A model generated the notes under the pieces. That model made no database searches, was not told the DNA's origin, and saw only the letters and a program-made list of their open reading frames with translations. 64,000 nucleotides of DNA from an uncultured Gammaproteobacteria bacterium (GTDB lineage Bacteria > Patescibacteriota > Microgenomatia > Levybacterales > UBA12049): NCBI GenBank assembly GCA_964571255.1, contig CAZNAA010000002.1, positions 28,746 to 92,745 on the forward strand, written 5' to 3'. The stretch's first letter is position 1. The number at the start of each line of letters is the position of its first letter. A program made the translations under genes and the position numbers. Positions 60,507 to 64,000 of this stretch are shown piece after piece.

Positions 60507-60555
60507 ATTCACTCTGCGCAGTATTGGGATCAGCTCAAAAGAATGGAGCTGGACC

Positions 60556-60573
60556 GGAGAGGAAAACCTCTCC
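60556..60573 (+). terminator. stem-loop GGAGAGG-AAAA-CCTCTCC downstream of the GC-rich gene
   Basis: Perfect 7-bp stem seen in the sequence. The following sequence is only weakly T-rich. Confidence 0.3.
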
Positions 60574-61686
60574 TGCGCATCCCTTTGTGGGAAAAGATCA
60601 ATCAATTCTTCTTCTTCTCAAAGTAGCAATAGCGCTTATCTGAGAAAATGCAGACAGGATTGACCTTTAGGATACCTTGTAAACATCCGTTTTCTTCCTC
60701 AGAACTTGACAATCCCAACAAAAATAGTACAATACTATAAGTCTTGATGTTTTTATGCTCTTTTGGGCGTAAAATCTATTAGACACGCACATTTACAATA
60801 TACAGGGTCTAATAAAACCCACGTACTGGAGATAAGCTTCTTAGTATCATAAGAGTCTTTTCTCCGGTATGTGGACAGCTGATTGACAGCTTTTCCACTC
60901 TGGATACTGAGGCCACAAGCCTCAAGGAGCCATCAGTGGCACGAAAACCCAAGACACCGGTCCCAGTAATACGACGGGAGACCTTTCCAGTATGGAAGGA
61001 AAACTTAGTAAAAATAGGAGTAATAATCCTACTTCTCTCAATTCCAACCCTAATCTTCCTCTCCTACTTGGCAAGGTAGAACTTCCTCTTCCCCTTCGGG
61101 GACCTGGTCCAGGTGCACAACGAAGTGCAGCTGGGAGGGTTCAAATCCCTCAAGAGGAACCGCTGCAAAGCGCATGTGCGCATGGCAGAAAACTGGGAGG
61201 GACAAATGACGCCATACGGTCGGTTCGAGGAGCTGATAAAACGTCTTTTTGGGCCACTCTTGGCCCGAATGAACCACGCAACAGAGTGGTTCGTCAACCA
61301 CTTTGGCTTCTTCAGCGAAAGGAGGGATGTCGACAATGAGTAGGATGCCAGGAGGGTGTGTTGTCCTCCTTATTAGTGCCTTACTCCTTCTAGGAGCGAT
61401 CCTGGAGGGAGTGGGAATCATTGTCCCGTGAGAAACAGATCGGGTGAGCTCCGGTAAAGCAAGCTCAATCAGCCTTTAGAGGAAAGAAATGAACAAAAAA
61501 AAACGGTATCAATTGCGATACCTTAGAGTTTTCCGTTTTCTTCTCTTCCTGGCACACATTTGTGCCCCCTGTATATTCAACCAACAACAATACAATAAAG
61601 ATTCACCTCTAAATGGCTCATAGTCCTTATTTCCCTAACTCCTTGACATATCCTATAATCTTTTGCTATACTCTGTTTGAGGTTAT

Positions 61687-62373
61687 ATGACAACTACATT
61701 TCTCTCTGCATCTACTCTCGTAATTGGAGCTTTCCTGCTCTCTTCTTCTGTGGTTTCAGCAGCAGGATCTGTTTATGGTGGAGGCTATGGATACGGAAAT
61801 AATCCTCAACAAACAGGTAAAAAAATCTCCATTGATAAAAAAGTAAAAAATCCAACGAACGAAAAGTATGTTGACCATTTGAGTGTCAACGATCCAAAAC
61901 ACAGTGCAGATCAAGAAATTTTCTTCCAGATTACCGTCAAAAACACTGGAGGAGTTGAGTTAAAAGATGTGATTGTGAAAGATGTTGTACCTCAATACCT
62001 CACTATTACGAGTGAAGCAACGTATGATAAGAATACGAAAACATACTTCTTCAAAATCCCCTCTTTAGGAATAAATGAAACCAAAGTACTTGATATTAAA
62101 GGAAAAATTGCTAGTGCGAATCAACTCCCCGTTGATGATGGAATCTTTTGTTTAATTAATCAAGCAGTTGTCACAGTTGATGACATGAAAGTCCAAGATA
62201 ACTCTCAATTCTGTGTCCAGCGCCAAGTTGTTGGAAAAACAAAAGGCGGACTTCCTGTCTTTGCTGCAGCAACTGTGAAGAAAACACCTGATACTGGAGC
62301 TGAATCTCTTGTCCTTCTTACTCTTCCTGCACTCAGTGCAGCTGGAGTATTCCTCAGACGAAAAAGTGCGTAA
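61687..62373 (+). CDS. DUF11-like surface protein with C-terminal sorting signal (TPDTGAE + TM + RRKSA); paralogue of 56367
   Basis: 228 aa with a signal peptide. The QITVKNTGGVELKDVIVKDVVPQYL...NETKVLDIKG DUF11-type domain is present. It ends KTPDTGAESLVLLTLPALSAAGVFLRRKSA. Confidence 0.6.
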   Translation: MTTTFLSASTLVIGAFLLSSSVVSAAGSVYGGGYGYGNNPQQTGKKISIDKKVKNPTNEKYVDHLSVNDPKHSADQEIFFQITVKNTGGVELKDVIVKDVVPQYLTITSEATYDKNTKTYFFKIPSLGINETKVLDIKGKIASANQLPVDDGIFCLINQAVVTVDDMKVQDNSQFCVQRQVVGKTKGGLPVFAAATVKKTPDTGAESLVLLTLPALSAAGVFLRRKSA

Positions 62374-62376
62374 GTG

Positions 62377-63498
62377 TTACTTCTCTTTTTGTAAATAGGT
62401 ATACATCTGTTTACTGATTTCTTTCCAACTAAAATTCTTTTGAATATGCATATAGAAGTTTTTGGAGAGTCTTTCTCTCTCTTTTTTATCCTTCCCTAAG
62501 CTCACCAGAGCCTTTTCAAGCCCCACTTTGTCCTTCATTGGTAAAAGGATCCCTGTTTCTCCATTGATAATCATTTCCCTTGTTCCTCCGGTATCTGTTG
62601 CAATCACAGCAAGCTTCATGGCTCCGGCTTCAAGAATAATATTAGGAAACCCTTCATGGTGATATGAAGGGTGAACAAAGATGTCAGTGTTTTTTAAAAG
62701 GCTAATCACGTCCTCTTTGCTTTGTCCCCCTTTAATCAAGATATGGGTACGCTTTTCTTTTTGAACTCTTTCCTTTAAAGGCTCTACTAACTCTCCAGGA
62801 CCGGCAAAGACAAAATCAAATTCAGGATGCAATGTGGCAATATCAAAAAGAAACTCAACTCCTTTTGAAGGAATCATTCGCCCAATATAGGTAACAGTGA
62901 CTTTTTTCCCTTTCTTTTTCTCTTGGGGAATAAACTTACTTGTATCTACTCCTCCATACATAACAATACTATTAATACCTAAGGAATCCTTTAAAAAGGC
63001 CTGAGTTGCTTTATTGGTGGCAAAAACAGTGGTATACCACTTCATACAGAACCGAACGAGAGTAAGATCAAGAAGTTTTGAAATCGTACTCACAAACGCA
63101 CTGGCATGGACTGGGTGAAAGGCACAGTGATCTGTTAGGACAATCGGAGTTTTGGTAAGACGGGCAAAAAGAGGCATATACCAGGCTGTGTCAAAAAAAC
63201 GAGTAGAAACATGAATAAGATCATACGCATTTCTTTTCTTCCAAAGGAATAAGAAAAGTTCAATGGGATGCGGGAGGGCAAATTGTCCAGGAAGAAGAGA
63301 AAGACAAGGGATCCGATACACACTCATTCCCCGATATACTTCTCTTTGTACAGTCTTATCCGTGTTATAGCACAACACGTCAACAGAAAGCTCTGGATGA
63401 TCCATTAAAAGAGATGCATACAGATCTTCCATATACTGCTGACTCCCCCCAATGTGAGGAGCAAAAAAAGGAGTAACGATTAAAATACGCTGTTTCAT
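62377..63498 (-). CDS. GT4-family (GT-B) glycosyltransferase
   Basis: 373 aa. The C-terminal EGFPNIILEAGAMKLAVIATDTGGTREMI (E-x7-E region) and overall layout are typical of group-1 glycosyltransferases. Confidence 0.8.
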   Translation of the reverse strand: MKQRILIVTPFFAPHIGGSQQYMEDLYASLLMDHPELSVDVLCYNTDKTVQREVYRGMSVYRIPCLSLLPGQFALPHPIELFLFLWKKRNAYDLIHVSTRFFDTAWYMPLFARLTKTPIVLTDHCAFHPVHASAFVSTISKLLDLTLVRFCMKWYTTVFATNKATQAFLKDSLGINSIVMYGGVDTSKFIPQEKKKGKKVTVTYIGRMIPSKGVEFLFDIATLHPEFDFVFAGPGELVEPLKERVQKEKRTHILIKGGQSKEDVISLLKNTDIFVHPSYHHEGFPNIILEAGAMKLAVIATDTGGTREMIINGETGILLPMKDKVGLEKALVSLGKDKKERERLSKNFYMHIQKNFSWKEISKQMYTYLQKEK

Positions 63499-63914
63499 AA
63501 TTCAAATAGTACCATTTCTGAGTTGGCATAGACTGGAATAAGTCCTGCATCTAAGTATTTTTGAATCACTAGATTGTCCTCAACACTCAACTCTCGTGGC
63601 TTCCAAATGTTAAAGTAAAAACTCTCTCGTTGCCACTGCGGAAGTCTGAGCCAAGCAAAATATCTTCCACTCAAGACCAAGTAGCGAGTCGTAAACTTCT
63701 TGTCTTGCAACTCATCCGTTACTGATAAAAGTAACTCTTTCGTATCTGCTTCATCAATTTCTGATAAATGAGAAAGTGTTTTTCTCGATGCTTCACTCAT
63801 ATAGACCCCTCCTTGAGAATCTGCATTTCCCACGGCTTCCAATACTCCTTGAGTAGCTGGATCACTAATAAGAAAGACTCCTTTTTTACTTTGTAAAAAC
63901 TTTCCTGCATCCAT
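63495..63914 (-). CDS. hypothetical protein (139 aa)
   Basis: ORF only. Overlaps the glycosyltransferase start by 4 nt, so possibly co-transcribed. Confidence 0.35.
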   Translation of the reverse strand: MDAGKFLQSKKGVFLISDPATQGVLEAVGNADSQGGVYMSEASRKTLSHLSEIDEADTKELLLSVTDELQDKKFTTRYLVLSGRYFAWLRLPQWQRESFYFNIWKPRELSVEDNLVIQKYLDAGLIPVYANSEMVLFEL

Positions 63915-64000
63915 CTCTAGAGGAGAAACGTGTGATTCTACCCCAGAGTGATAGAGAAATTGTTTGTAGGTTACTTGATTGGCATAAAAGATACTTGTCA

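Noticed and set aside
60992-61421. ORFs 60992-61339 (+), 61050-61421 (-), 61064-61336 (-) and 61113-61343 (+, GTG start) in the GC-rich tail.
   Set aside because: They are mutually overlapping on both strands without motifs. At best they are decayed fragments of acquired DNA.

Overview
This is a low-GC (~38%) window that reads like a reduced genome of a monoderm, CPR/Patescibacteria-like bacterium. That assignment is an inference from gene content and composition. Housekeeping genes are mreB, argS, leuS, ndk, rho, comEA/comEC, an M16 peptidase and an M23/LysM peptidase. Two tRNAs are present: Arg-CCT on the plus strand and Ala-GGC on the minus strand. Three RelE/ParE-type toxin-antitoxin pairs and a large amount of cell-envelope content lie between the housekeeping genes. 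The envelope content comprises a sortase, two DUF11-like proteins with a C-terminal TPxTGAE sorting signal, and a two-pair cluster resembling the Gram-positive WxL/DUF916 surface-complex loci. There are also two adjacent giant genes encoding surface proteins of 3710 and 3587 aa, followed by an O-antigen-ligase-like membrane protein with TPR repeats. The first giant protein begins with two tandem phage-integrase-type SAM-like domains in front of its membrane anchor. The most anomalous sequence is a set of GC-rich blocks (5.1-7.4 kb and 59.2-61.6 kb). None has a credible ORF except one secreted tandem-repeat protein. Each block sits behind a copy of the same AT-rich promoter/leader cassette (TTGcAT-N16-TATAATACAG, then a conserved TTAACAAGG box). 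The non-coding blocks end in strong GC hairpins, and I interpret them as a paralogous family of structured ncRNAs of unknown class. No CRISPR array, rRNA or transposase/integrase catalytic gene was seen.
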